A DNA stretch of 49,620 nt from Candidatus Bruticola sp. (GTDB lineage: Bacteria; Vulcanimicrobiota; Xenobia; Xenobiales; Xenobiaceae), in the NCBI GenBank assembly GCA_051874735.1, contig JBJEGD010000017.1, forward strand, positions 1 to 49,620, in the 5' to 3' direction. Made by a program: the position numbers and the translations under genes. Below the pieces are notes generated by a model that was given only the letters and a program-made list of their open reading frames with translations, was not told where the DNA came from and made no database searches. This document shows positions 10,254 to 19,721 of this stretch, one piece after another; position 1 is the first letter of the stretch, and every line of letters starts with the position of its first letter.

Positions 10254-11687
10254 GTGGATAAGGTAGCGCGCAAACCTACTATTCTTTTCCTTAAGTATCA
10301 CGACGTCAATATCAGGCCGATTCCCGACGAAGCAGAGCGCTCACTGCAAGTGCTTCCCTCATTGGGAATTTTGTATTTGGCGTCTTTTGTCAGGCAGTTG
10401 GGGTTTCCCGTAAAATTTCTTGATGCTAATGCTTCAAGACTTTCTCCAGAAGCTTTTCGAGAGTACTTACATAAGGAACAGCCGGAAGTTATCGCTCTCA
10501 CTACTATGAGTGCAGGTTGGCCTTCCACTGTAGAAGCCGCCAAAATTATTAAAGAAGTTTTGCCTAAGTCGCTTTTGATTGTCGGCGGACCGCATCTTTC
10601 GATTTATCCTGAGCTCTGTCTTTCTTTCCCAGAGTTCGATATTGGCATCATTGGCGACGGAGAAGAAACTTTACGAGAAGTTTTAGAAAGATACAGCGCT
10701 GGTGAATCTCTAGACAATATTGACGGTACTGTAGTGCGCTTAGGCGATAATAATGTTAAACTGAACAAACCGCGCACAGAGTTTGACTCGATCGATAGCT
10801 ATCCTTTTCCTGCCGTAGATTTGCTGCAGCGCGAACTTTATCATGCTTTAACTGTAGAAAGTCCGTTTTTTACTATGGTTACTAGCCGAGGCTGCCCGTT
10901 TAAATGTGCTTTCTGCAGTCAGATATACAATGGAGTTTCCGGAGTTCGTTTTCGTTCTCCAGAGAGTGTTGTCGATGAAATAGAGCTGTATGTAAAAGAA
11001 TATGGAGCTAAAGAAATAGTATTTTTTGATGAAACTTTTACTTTGAAGAAGCAAAGAGTTTTCGATATTTGCCGTTTACTCCAAGAGCGAGGTATAAAAG
11101 TTAGTTTTGATATTCGCACTCGAGTAGATTCGGTAACTGAAAACATGATAAAAGCTCTGCGCGAGGTAGGCGGGCGGCGCATTCATTTCGGTGTTGAAGC
11201 CGGCAATCCGGAAATTTTGAAACGTATGTGTAAGGGTATTACACACGAGCAAGTGCATCAAGCCGTTGGGTGGGCTAAAAAGTACGGTTTTGAAACGCGC
11301 GGTTACTTCATGATAGGCTATTTAGGAGAAAATTTTCAAACTTTCAATGATACGGTAAATTTAGCTTGTGAGCTTAATTTAGATTACGCTTCTTTTTCTA
11401 TAACCACTCCTTTACCGGCCACTCAGCTTTTTCAAGAAGCCAGTGAGTTGGGCTTAGTTGATAGCGATTATTGGAAAAAGTACACTCTTTTGCAGCAATC
11501 ACGCCAAGATTTTCCCGTTTTGGAAACAGATTTATGGAATGAAGAGAAACTTCACGCTATGCTCAAGGAAGCGTATACTCGTTTTTATCTGCGTCCCAAA
11601 TTTGTTATGCGCCGTTTGAGTAAGATACGTACTCTTAGCGACATAAAAGAGCTTATCAAGGCTGCAGTAATTTATAAAAGCATTTAA
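10254..11687 (+). CDS. Cobalamin-binding (class B-type) radical SAM protein
   Basis: PSLGILYLAS, VGGPH, GDGEE in the B12-binding domain; TSRGCPFKCAFC; FFDETF. Confidence 0.92.
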   Translation: MDKVARKPTILFLKYHDVNIRPIPDEAERSLQVLPSLGILYLASFVRQLGFPVKFLDANASRLSPEAFREYLHKEQPEVIALTTMSAGWPSTVEAAKIIKEVLPKSLLIVGGPHLSIYPELCLSFPEFDIGIIGDGEETLREVLERYSAGESLDNIDGTVVRLGDNNVKLNKPRTEFDSIDSYPFPAVDLLQRELYHALTVESPFFTMVTSRGCPFKCAFCSQIYNGVSGVRFRSPESVVDEIELYVKEYGAKEIVFFDETFTLKKQRVFDICRLLQERGIKVSFDIRTRVDSVTENMIKALREVGGRRIHFGVEAGNPEILKRMCKGITHEQVHQAVGWAKKYGFETRGYFMIGYLGENFQTFNDTVNLACELNLDYASFSITTPLPATQLFQEASELGLVDSDYWKKYTLLQQSRQDFPVLETDLWNEEKLHAMLKEAYTRFYLRPKFVMRRLSKIRTLSDIKELIKAAVIYKSI

Positions 11688-11763
11688 GATAATAGCTATT
11701 ATTCAAAAGTGTTGGAAAATGTTCTAGTTGTTAGATAGAATATAAAGAGGAAAATGTGCGATC

Positions 11764-12657
11764 ATGCCTGAGCTGCCAGAAGTGGAAACTATAAGACGCG
11801 GTTTAGAAGATAAACTTCCAGGACTTAAAGTAGAAAAAATTTTAGTAAAACTTCCTAAACTTTTAAAGAATGTAAATTCCGAAGAGCTAAATGAGTCTCT
11901 CAGAGGTCAGACATTTACAGCGGTGCGTCGCTTAGGAAAAATTTTAATCTTAGATATCGGCGTTTATTCTGTGCTGGTCAGGCTGGGCATGACAGGTCAA
12001 CTGACTTTCCGCAGTAGTTTATTGCCAGACACTAACGAATTCTATGTCCATCCTGTTACGGGGCTGCAGAGAGCTCAGGGGCAATTCGTTCCAGATAAGC
12101 ATACTCATGTTATCGTCGATCTCAACGAAGGCTATTCTCTCTGCTATAGAGACATTCGTCAGTTTGGAAAGTGGTATTTATATAAGACTGAAGAACTTGA
12201 AAACTCACCAGAATTGAAGGCTTTGGGGCCTGATCCGTTTGGTCCTAATTTTACGGAAGATAGGCTAGCTCTAGGCTTGAAAAAAACTTCCCGGGCTGTG
12301 AAGACCGCTCTATTAGATCAGTCTATTGTGGCAGGTTTAGGAAATATATACGCAGACGAAGTGCTTTTTGCCAGTCGCGTCAATCCTGAAAAACCAGCTA
12401 AAGAACTAAGTTCCGCTGAAATAAGGGCTATTTTCACTGCCATAAAGCCTATTTTGCAACAATCCATTAATAACCGGGGCACAACTTTCTCTGATTACCG
12501 CGATGCTGATGGTAATAAAGGTAGTAATGCCGAACAGTTGAAAGTTTACGGACGTGGGGGACAGCCTTGCTTAGTTTGCGGCAGCGAATTAGTTAAAAAA
12601 ACTATTGGCGGACGTAGTTGTGTCTGCTGTCCCAGCTGTCAAGTTATTCCAGAATAA
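11764..12657 (+). CDS. mutM: Formamidopyrimidine-DNA glycosylase (Fpg)
   Basis: N-terminal PELPEVE, DIRQFG, LLDQ..VAGLGNIYADE, C-terminal zinc finger. Confidence 0.97.
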   Translation: MPELPEVETIRRGLEDKLPGLKVEKILVKLPKLLKNVNSEELNESLRGQTFTAVRRLGKILILDIGVYSVLVRLGMTGQLTFRSSLLPDTNEFYVHPVTGLQRAQGQFVPDKHTHVIVDLNEGYSLCYRDIRQFGKWYLYKTEELENSPELKALGPDPFGPNFTEDRLALGLKKTSRAVKTALLDQSIVAGLGNIYADEVLFASRVNPEKPAKELSSAEIRAIFTAIKPILQQSINNRGTTFSDYRDADGNKGSNAEQLKVYGRGGQPCLVCGSELVKKTIGGRSCVCCPSCQVIPE

Positions 12658-13849
12658 GGTCTAAATCTCTAACGAGCAGATCTGCAGTTGAGCCGGCTAT
12701 ATAAAGACTGTCAGCGCATACTTTGTCTAAATTGTCTTCCTGCGTATGCCAATAAGCTGGATACAGGCCGTTTTCTCCGTTGTTGAAACCTATAATATTA
12801 ACTGCTGGAATTTTGGCCATTAGGAAGGGCAAGTGGTCATCAGATACAGCTCCTATGTTGGTGCGTTTAAACTGCTTGACAAATTTGAGCTCTCTTCCTT
12901 TGTTAAAGAGCATTTCCAACAGTTGGGGATGGGAAATTGTGTCGTAGGTAATCTGCAGATCTTTGTCGCCGACCATATCTACTATTACTGCAGCTACAAT
13001 ATCTCCAACTGTTTCTGGAATGGGTGAATTATCAGTTCCTAAGCTTTCAACGAAGTGGCGGCTGCCGTAAAGACTGTCACTATCACTCCACTCAGCGAAG
13101 GCTTCCTCTCCGTCAAAGAAGCAGAGCACTACTTTATGCTTTTGTAGAGGAGTATTTTTTAATACTCTAGCTAGTTCTAACAGAACGGCTGTTCCGGAAG
13201 CTCCATCATTGGCTCCTATAAAAGCAAAATCTTTAAAGTACTTAGTATCGTAATGAGCTCCCAGTATAATTGTGTTATATTTGGCGATCTTAGAGGGCTC
13301 CGGTGTTGCAGAGTTGGGAGCTTTTTCTTGAAAATCGGTTGCGCTTGTATCTTCTGCAGCACTTTTTTCTTCTTCAGGTAATGATTCACGGCCGTTTTTA
13401 TTTATTTTATTGGCAGCAGGAGTGGGAGTTTGTTTGGATGGGGACGGATTTAAACAGGCAATGATATTGACAAACTCTTTGGGGCCTTCGGGAGTTGGTT
13501 TGGTAAACGTTTGTTCGTATATTTGGAAATCAAGATCGTGCAAAGATTTTTCGAGCCAGAGCCTAGTTTGCAGAGAACCTTTGCTACCTACAAAACGTTG
13601 TCCGAATTTTATTTGGCTTATAACGTGCTGCCAAGCTTTTTCACCATCAAAAAGGCTTTCTGTTTTCGGCGTATCTGGAGAAATTTTGCCGCTATCTGAA
13701 GAAGGAGCAGCCGATATTTGGGCTGTTGGCGTTAACTGGGAAGTAGGTGCTGAATTACTACTGCAAGCTTGACTACCAAGTTGCAGTAGGGAAACTACTA
13801 GAGCTGCCGAGGCAAGGAAATACAGCTTGCTTTGACCCAAAACAGTCAT
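12644..13849 (-). CDS. M28 family peptidase / glutaminyl-cyclase-like protein, probable lipoprotein
   Basis: AHYDTK, GANDGASG, FFDGEEA, DDHLPF, YWHT motifs; signal ending in SQAC; 14-bp convergent overlap with mutM. Confidence 0.85.
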   Translation of the reverse strand: MTVLGQSKLYFLASAALVVSLLQLGSQACSSNSAPTSQLTPTAQISAAPSSDSGKISPDTPKTESLFDGEKAWQHVISQIKFGQRFVGSKGSLQTRLWLEKSLHDLDFQIYEQTFTKPTPEGPKEFVNIIACLNPSPSKQTPTPAANKINKNGRESLPEEEKSAAEDTSATDFQEKAPNSATPEPSKIAKYNTIILGAHYDTKYFKDFAFIGANDGASGTAVLLELARVLKNTPLQKHKVVLCFFDGEEAFAEWSDSDSLYGSRHFVESLGTDNSPIPETVGDIVAAVIVDMVGDKDLQITYDTISHPQLLEMLFNKGRELKFVKQFKRTNIGAVSDDHLPFLMAKIPAVNIIGFNNGENGLYPAYWHTQEDNLDKVCADSLYIAGSTADLLVRDLDLILE

Positions 13850-14106
13850 AAACAGATACCATCCTTCGAAATATGAAGTACCTTAGGTAATGAAAGAATA
13901 AAAAAAAGTTTTATTTGGTACGAAATGTAATTATACTGATCGTTAGTCTAGAAAGGCTAACTGTTTTCCTTCTAAATTAGTACCTATTTTTCCCTCTTTT
14001 TAGTATTGAAAGAGCCATTTAAAAATGTTAATCTTATTGAGCAGAATTTCTTTGTAGTTAAGAAGTTTTTATGCCTTTGTAAAATATACTGGAGATCTAA
14101 ATCGGA

Positions 14107-14646
14107 GTGGATAAGTCCCTAAAATGCGTCGATTGCGGCGCAGAGTTTGTGTTCACTGCTGGTGAACAAGAGTTTTATGCGTCCCAAGGATTTACGAGTG
14201 AGCCTCGCCGTTGTCCCAACTGCAGAGCCGCACGTAAAGCTGGGCAAGGTGGGAGCAAAGGCCCCCGCAGCGGCGGCGCAGATAACAGTGCTGTAAGCAG
14301 CGCGCGTCCTCCTCGTCAGATGTTCAGTGCTGTTTGTGCTGAATGCGGCAAGGAAACTCAAGTTCCTTTCCAACCTACTAACGGTCGTCCCGTCTATTGC
14401 TCAGACTGCTATCGCGCCAATAATGGTGGTGCTTCACGTTCTAGCAGTTCACGCAGCAGCTACAGCAACAGCCGTACCAATACATCGCGTTCAAACAATA
14501 GCTTCACCCCGTCAACTCCTTCCTTTGATGCAGATTTTGACATGTCTAGCTACGTAGATATGTATCCGCCGCCAAGTTCTGGTAGCCGTGGCCGCAATAA
14601 GCGCGATCGCCGCAATAAAGAGCGCGAGCACGATTCCTGGCGCTAG
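14107..14646 (+). CDS. Tandem zinc-ribbon (CxxC-x17-CxxC) domain protein with Ser/Arg-rich tail
   Basis: CVDCGAEFVFTAGEQEFY...PRRCPNCR and CAECGK..VPF.P..GRPVYCSDC; GGAG RBS. Confidence 0.9.
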   Translation: MDKSLKCVDCGAEFVFTAGEQEFYASQGFTSEPRRCPNCRAARKAGQGGSKGPRSGGADNSAVSSARPPRQMFSAVCAECGKETQVPFQPTNGRPVYCSDCYRANNGGASRSSSSRSSYSNSRTNTSRSNNSFTPSTPSFDADFDMSSYVDMYPPPSSGSRGRNKRDRRNKEREHDSWR

Positions 14647-14674
14647 GTTGGTCGCAATTACGGATAAAAATTTT

Positions 14675-14767
14675 ATTCAGTGCTGAATTAAACGTATCAG
14701 CACTGAATTTTAGTTGTAAAATGCTCGGTTCTGCTCTATATATAATGGCAGAGTGCCGAGTTTTTTT
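14675..14767. terminator. Two tandem hairpins between convergent genes
   Basis: Perfect 12-bp stem attcagtgctga/tcagcactgaat (14675-14708), then ctcgg..ctgc/gcag..ccgag followed by T7. Confidence 0.65.
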
Positions 14768-14856
14768 ATAAAAAATCATTCCGAACGTATCAATAAATTG
14801 GCAGTTAATTATTATTCTTTATAATTTTTGTATTTTTTCCCATTATCATACATTAA

Positions 14857-15414
14857 TTATAGGATGCGTGAAGTTGGATTGTATATGTCCAGATAATGTA
14901 GGCTGAGTTCTTGGCTTACTTCTTGAATGTTCAGTTCGAATGGCTCTTTATTGACAACCAAAATATACATAAGTACGCCTCCTAATGAAGCGCGTATAGA
15001 AGTGTCGCAAGCTCCCAGTCGGTAATAAAAATTTAAGCGCCGCTTGCGCATAATCTTTTCTGCTTCGTTGGCCGCAGTTTCTGGAGCCTCTACTTCAATA
15101 AAGATGGGGTGAGAAGCAAAGTCTTCTTTTAACTTTTTTAGTATTTGTTTGCCGTATCCTAACCCTCGTTTGTCCGGTCTAGTTTCAAGCATGTTGAGCA
15201 AGTAAAGGCCGTGAGGGGAAATACTGAAAAAAGCGTAGCTGCAAAGTTCTTCCTCTTCGTTGAAGAGCCCCCATCCCAGGTAGCGGTTTTGGGCGCAAAG
15301 GCTTTCTACTTTGTCCCAAGGTTCCAGCTCCTCCGGAGGAAACGTTATTTTAGAATACTTTTCATAAATATCTTTCATTTCCCAAAAGGAAACAGCTCTT
15401 ACGTATTGAGTCAT
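14857..15414 (-). CDS. GNAT family N-acetyltransferase
   Basis: KRGLGYG acetyl-CoA motif; IEVE...RR..FY...G. Confidence 0.88.
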   Translation of the reverse strand: MTQYVRAVSFWEMKDIYEKYSKITFPPEELEPWDKVESLCAQNRYLGWGLFNEEEELCSYAFFSISPHGLYLLNMLETRPDKRGLGYGKQILKKLKEDFASHPIFIEVEAPETAANEAEKIMRKRRLNFYYRLGACDTSIRASLGGVLMYILVVNKEPFELNIQEVSQELSLHYLDIYNPTSRIL

Positions 15415-15481
15415 ATTAGTGGTACCTTAAAAGAGTGTAATAAGAAAATATACTCATTTCAGTCTAACAGAGGTCAAAACA

Positions 15482-16066
15482 ATGTTCAACATTTGTGTAT
15501 TTTGCGCTTCATCTGAACCTAATAATGAACAAATCAGTCAGGACTGCGTTTCTTTTGCTAACTGTCTGATAGAAGGGGGGCACACTTTAGTTTACGGAGG
15601 GGCCAGCGTTGGCCTTATGTGGTTGGTAGCTGGACGCGTAGCTGCGGCTGGAGGACATATTATCGGCATAATGCCCAAGTTTCTAACCAGTCGAGAAATC
15701 TGTTCCGTTCAGCTTGACGAAAAGTATATCGTTGACAGTATGACTGAGCGCAAGACTATGATGATCGAAAAGTCTGACGCTTTTGTAATTCTACCCGGAG
15801 GAGTCGGCACCCTCGATGAATTTTTTGAAGTAGTTTGCCTCAGTTCTTTAGGTAAACTACGCAAGCCTATTGTTGTGCTTAATAGCGTCGGCTTTTTTGA
15901 TGAGTTACTTAAATTTATGGAAAACGTCTACCAAGAAGGGGTGTTGTCACTTCCTTACAGCCGCTATTTTACCGTTGTCAATAAACCTGAAGAGGTTTTA
16001 CCTGCTATAGAAAATTTTCAACTTCCTCCCGTACCTAGTTGGGTTTTAAATGAGAACGCCGATTAA
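15482..16066 (+). CDS. LOG family nucleotide phosphoribohydrolase
   Basis: LVYGGASVGLM, M.ERK, PGGVGTLDE. Confidence 0.92.
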   Translation: MFNICVFCASSEPNNEQISQDCVSFANCLIEGGHTLVYGGASVGLMWLVAGRVAAAGGHIIGIMPKFLTSREICSVQLDEKYIVDSMTERKTMMIEKSDAFVILPGGVGTLDEFFEVVCLSSLGKLRKPIVVLNSVGFFDELLKFMENVYQEGVLSLPYSRYFTVVNKPEEVLPAIENFQLPPVPSWVLNENAD

Positions 16067-16189
16067 TCGCTGTTCAGTTGTTCCGCCAATTGGCCAAAAT
16101 TTCAGCTAAAACAAGGATAAATAATTAATCCAGTTTAAAAGGTACACTATCATTTAATATTTAGAATAACGAAGGAATGAATAAAAATT

Positions 16190-17701
16190 ATGAAAAAAAG
16201 TGCGAGGAATATTTTTGGTTTCGTCGCTTTAGCTCTTACTGTTGGCTTAATGGGAGCTGGATGCAGTGACAGTGGTGATGGCGAATCAGGTCCTTCTTAC
16301 AAAGTTGGACGGGTAACTTTTGAGTATTCTCTGCAGGCTTCAAAACGCACAGAAATTCCCAATACCGCTTCTTCAGTCAAGTACAGCTTTTTAGATTCTA
16401 AGAATTCCACCGTATTCTTGAGCAAAGTATATCAGATTCCTCATCAGAGCACTGAAGTTAAACAGGCTTCTTTGACTGTTAATGAAGTACCTATAGCTGC
16501 TCAGACGGTAGTGGCAGCTTATTATGATGAAAATAATACAATTGTCGATATAGGATTAAATGACATTGAGTGGACTTCTGCTTATACCGCTTCAGTGGCT
16601 AACCCAGAAATTAAGGAATTAAAGAATGTTGAAATAGTGAGTTGCAGCGGTTCGGGAATTTTTACTAAGGGTAGTAGTATTGCCTTAGATACCGCTATTA
16701 CTATCGGTGATGCTCCTGAAAAACTTTACCGCGTGACCGATTTTGTTTCTTTTAAAGAGAAAGATCAAAACGTAAGCTTAAAACCCATCAAGTCTTCAGA
16801 AGATCATAGCTTAAATAGCCAGGTTACCGCCGGCTGTTATGAAGCTGACAAATACGGTACCTACGATATAAGCGCTGTTTTGCCGGTAAAAGATGGGGAT
16901 ATAATATTTAATTTTGATACTTTGACCGTATCGGACAACACTATCAGCTATATTAAGCTGGTGCCTTCCGTAGGCACTTTGTATGAAGCTGATGACAGCT
17001 GCGAAGTAATTGTTCCCGATATATATCTGGGAACGGATAAGGTTACCAAGGCCGATACCGATTATAATACAGCTGTATCGAAAGAGTCCTTCAAAGTAAT
17101 GGGTGTATATACAGATGATACGAGCAAAGGTCCCCAGCCTGATCCCCAAGATTTTACTGAGCAAGCTTCATTAAAATGCAATTTGAGTACAGCTTCAATC
17201 GACAAAAATACCGTAACTTTTAAGAACTTAGAGGCTAATCAGACTGTAAAAGTGACTGCTGAAGTGAAGCTTCCCGGCACAGCTGAGGCCAAAACAGATT
17301 CTATCGACGTTAAATTGTCAAAAGGATACGCTGAGTTATTATTAGGCATGCGCACCGATAATGGTGAATACACCGATTTAGATAGTGCTATAATATCGTC
17401 TTACGTTGATTTTAATCTCTCTATTGTCAATGCTTATCTTGACAATGATTCCCATGATCTTAACGGCAGATTGAGTAATTGGTTACCTGTAGAGTCTTCT
17501 CTTGTTCCTGAATATCCAACTCCGCACATAGCACCTGCTGAGTCTGCAGCTCCATATTTTGAGCTCAGTGATGATAAGCAGAGCTACGATTTTATTGTAG
17601 ATACTAAGCACGGTTTGAATGGTAATTATGTTTTAAGCGTAGATCCTATGGAAAAGCTGCCAGGTTTTGACTGCGCTACTAGTATAATTGTTGATTTATA
17701 A
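16190..17701 (+). CDS. Hypothetical lipoprotein, beta-rich
   Basis: Lipobox GAGC after a signal peptide; Ser/Thr/Val-rich; followed by a terminator. Confidence 0.75.
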   Translation: MKKSARNIFGFVALALTVGLMGAGCSDSGDGESGPSYKVGRVTFEYSLQASKRTEIPNTASSVKYSFLDSKNSTVFLSKVYQIPHQSTEVKQASLTVNEVPIAAQTVVAAYYDENNTIVDIGLNDIEWTSAYTASVANPEIKELKNVEIVSCSGSGIFTKGSSIALDTAITIGDAPEKLYRVTDFVSFKEKDQNVSLKPIKSSEDHSLNSQVTAGCYEADKYGTYDISAVLPVKDGDIIFNFDTLTVSDNTISYIKLVPSVGTLYEADDSCEVIVPDIYLGTDKVTKADTDYNTAVSKESFKVMGVYTDDTSKGPQPDPQDFTEQASLKCNLSTASIDKNTVTFKNLEANQTVKVTAEVKLPGTAEAKTDSIDVKLSKGYAELLLGMRTDNGEYTDLDSAIISSYVDFNLSIVNAYLDNDSHDLNGRLSNWLPVESSLVPEYPTPHIAPAESAAPYFELSDDKQSYDFIVDTKHGLNGNYVLSVDPMEKLPGFDCATSIIVDL

Positions 17702-17710
17702 AATTTAAGA

Positions 17711-17755
17711 TGGGCTGATTTTGGTTTTGATAGGCGAATTCAGCCCCTTTTTTTG
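17711..17755 (+). terminator. Intrinsic terminator
   Basis: gggctga...tcagccc followed by a T-run. Confidence 0.75.
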
Positions 17756-17897
17756 TTTTTTTTGAGGTTAAGTCATCTTATTACTTAGTAAGGCTTGAAT
17801 GTAATAATTATTATTTCGCTTTGTAATGTTTAGTCTAATGTATCAGAAGTACAGTTAAGAAATCACAAAATTAAGAAAGGCAGTAAAGTTAGAACGC

Positions 17898-18917
17898 ATG
17901 AATGTTTTTGTGACTGGCGGATCCGGTTTTGTGGGCAGCCATTTGGTGCGATGTCTGATTGAGCGCGGACATAAAGTGCGTGTTTTAGTTCGTCCTTCCT
18001 CGAATTTGGCCAATTTGGAAGGTCTAGATATAGAGTACACCCATGGAGATTTGCGTAATGCGGATTCTTTAAAAGCTGCTGTTAAAGGTTGCCGTTTGGT
18101 TTTCCACTGCGCTGCAGATTATCGCCTTTGGGCTGAAAATGTTAACGATCTTTACCAAAGCAACGTGCAAGGTACCGAAAATTTATTAACGGCCTGTCGT
18201 GAGGGTGGAGTAGAGCGCACTGTGGTTACTTCGTCAGTAGCTACCATTGGGTTGCCCAAAAATGGGGGTCCAGGTAATGAAGATGAGTCAGTTTGTTTAG
18301 AAGATATGATCGGCCATTACAAGCGTTCTAAATTCTTAGCTGAACAAGCCGCCCTTAGAGCAGCCGAACAGGGGCAGAATGTAGTAATTGTCAATCCTTC
18401 CACACCTATAGGCGATCGCGATATTAAACCTACCGATACTGGCAAAATTATTACTCGTTTTTTAAACGGCGCAATGCCAGCCTATGTGAATACTGGTCTC
18501 AATTTAGTCGACGTAGAAGACGTCTGCCAAGGACATATACTGGCAGCTCAAAGAGGAAGGTCGGGGGAACGTTATATTTTAGGCGGTTGGGACATGACTC
18601 TGCAGCAAATTCTTTTGGAATTAGCTGATATTTCCGATTTAAAAGCTCCTAATGTAGAACTGCCTTTATGGTTTGCTTACGCTATTGGAGCTGTAGATAC
18701 ATTTATCTGCAGCAAACTTCATAAAGTTCCCAATGTTCCTTTAGAAGGCGTTAAAATGGCCCGCAAACTTATGTATTTTAGCTGGCAAAAAGCTCACCGT
18801 GAGTTGGGATATGAGCCTAAGCCTATCCGCTCGGCTTTAGAAAGAGCTGTGAAATGGTTTGCAGAAAACGGTTATATCAAGAAAAATATAAAAATTAAGC
18901 AGTTAAAGAAGGGGTAA
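17898..18917 (+). CDS. hpnA: Hopanoid-associated NAD-dependent epimerase/dehydratase
   Basis: VTGGSGFVG, FHCAADYRLW, MIGHYKRSK, VNPSTPIG.RDIKPT.TG, YVNTGLN; clustered with hpnG/I/H-like genes. Confidence 0.88.
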   Translation: MNVFVTGGSGFVGSHLVRCLIERGHKVRVLVRPSSNLANLEGLDIEYTHGDLRNADSLKAAVKGCRLVFHCAADYRLWAENVNDLYQSNVQGTENLLTACREGGVERTVVTSSVATIGLPKNGGPGNEDESVCLEDMIGHYKRSKFLAEQAALRAAEQGQNVVIVNPSTPIGDRDIKPTDTGKIITRFLNGAMPAYVNTGLNLVDVEDVCQGHILAAQRGRSGERYILGGWDMTLQQILLELADISDLKAPNVELPLWFAYAIGAVDTFICSKLHKVPNVPLEGVKMARKLMYFSWQKAHRELGYEPKPIRSALERAVKWFAENGYIKKNIKIKQLKKG

Positions 18918-18925
18918 AAAAAGGT

Positions 18926-19708
18926 ATGAATAGCAGAGGGTTGACGGCAATTTTTATGGCTGCTCCAGAAGAAGTTCAGCCGCTTTTAAACTTGTATGCC
19001 ATTGCTTGGAACTGCGGCATTCAGCCTGATGGATTGGGTACATCGTCTCCTGTAGTTTGGAAGATAAAGGAGCTGAATTGTCTAGTATGTTTAAGCGGTA
19101 TGGGATATGAGCGTGCTTCCGAAGCGGCTCAGCTAGTCATTAGGCGTTTCAAGCCTGCCTTTCTCATCTCTGCCGGCTTTTGCGGGGCCCTATCTGCCAG
19201 TTTACAAGCGGGACAGGTTGTGGGAATCGAAACTTTGCTCAATACCGTTTACGCTCAGCCTGCTGAGTCAGCTTTAAAAATTATGCGCACTTTACAGGAA
19301 GAAAAGGCTGTACCAGGCTCTAAAATTAGCTTAGTTAAGGCTATTACTTGTGCTAAAGTTATTGGTACTTTGAGGGAAAAAACTCATCTGCTCAGTCGTT
19401 TTGGAGCGGAAATTGTAGATATGGAAGCGGGGGCTGTCGCTGCAGCGGCCCAAAAGTTCAATTTGCCTTGGAGCGCTGTTAAGGCAGTTAGCGACGAAGC
19501 GTCGCTGGCCATGCCTTTAAATTTTGATGCTCTTTCCGAGCCAGATAGTGGTCAAGTCAATAAGATTAAGGTTATTTGGGAAATTTTGAAACGTCCTGTT
19601 TTGATTCCCAGGCTGTGTCGTCTTGCTGAAAATAGTAACAAAGCGGCCAAAAATTTAGCCGTTTTCCTAGATATTTTTGTCAGATATTTAAACCTAAACG
19701 TAAAATAG
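18926..19708 (+). CDS. hpnG: Nucleoside phosphorylase family protein (HpnG-like hopanoid-associated phosphorylase)
   Basis: SAGFCGAL, VDMEAGAV, KAVSD motifs; 8 bp downstream of hpnA. Confidence 0.7.
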   Translation: MNSRGLTAIFMAAPEEVQPLLNLYAIAWNCGIQPDGLGTSSPVVWKIKELNCLVCLSGMGYERASEAAQLVIRRFKPAFLISAGFCGALSASLQAGQVVGIETLLNTVYAQPAESALKIMRTLQEEKAVPGSKISLVKAITCAKVIGTLREKTHLLSRFGAEIVDMEAGAVAAAAQKFNLPWSAVKAVSDEASLAMPLNFDALSEPDSGQVNKIKVIWEILKRPVLIPRLCRLAENSNKAAKNLAVFLDIFVRYLNLNVK

Positions 19709-19721
19709 GACGTGTTTTTTT

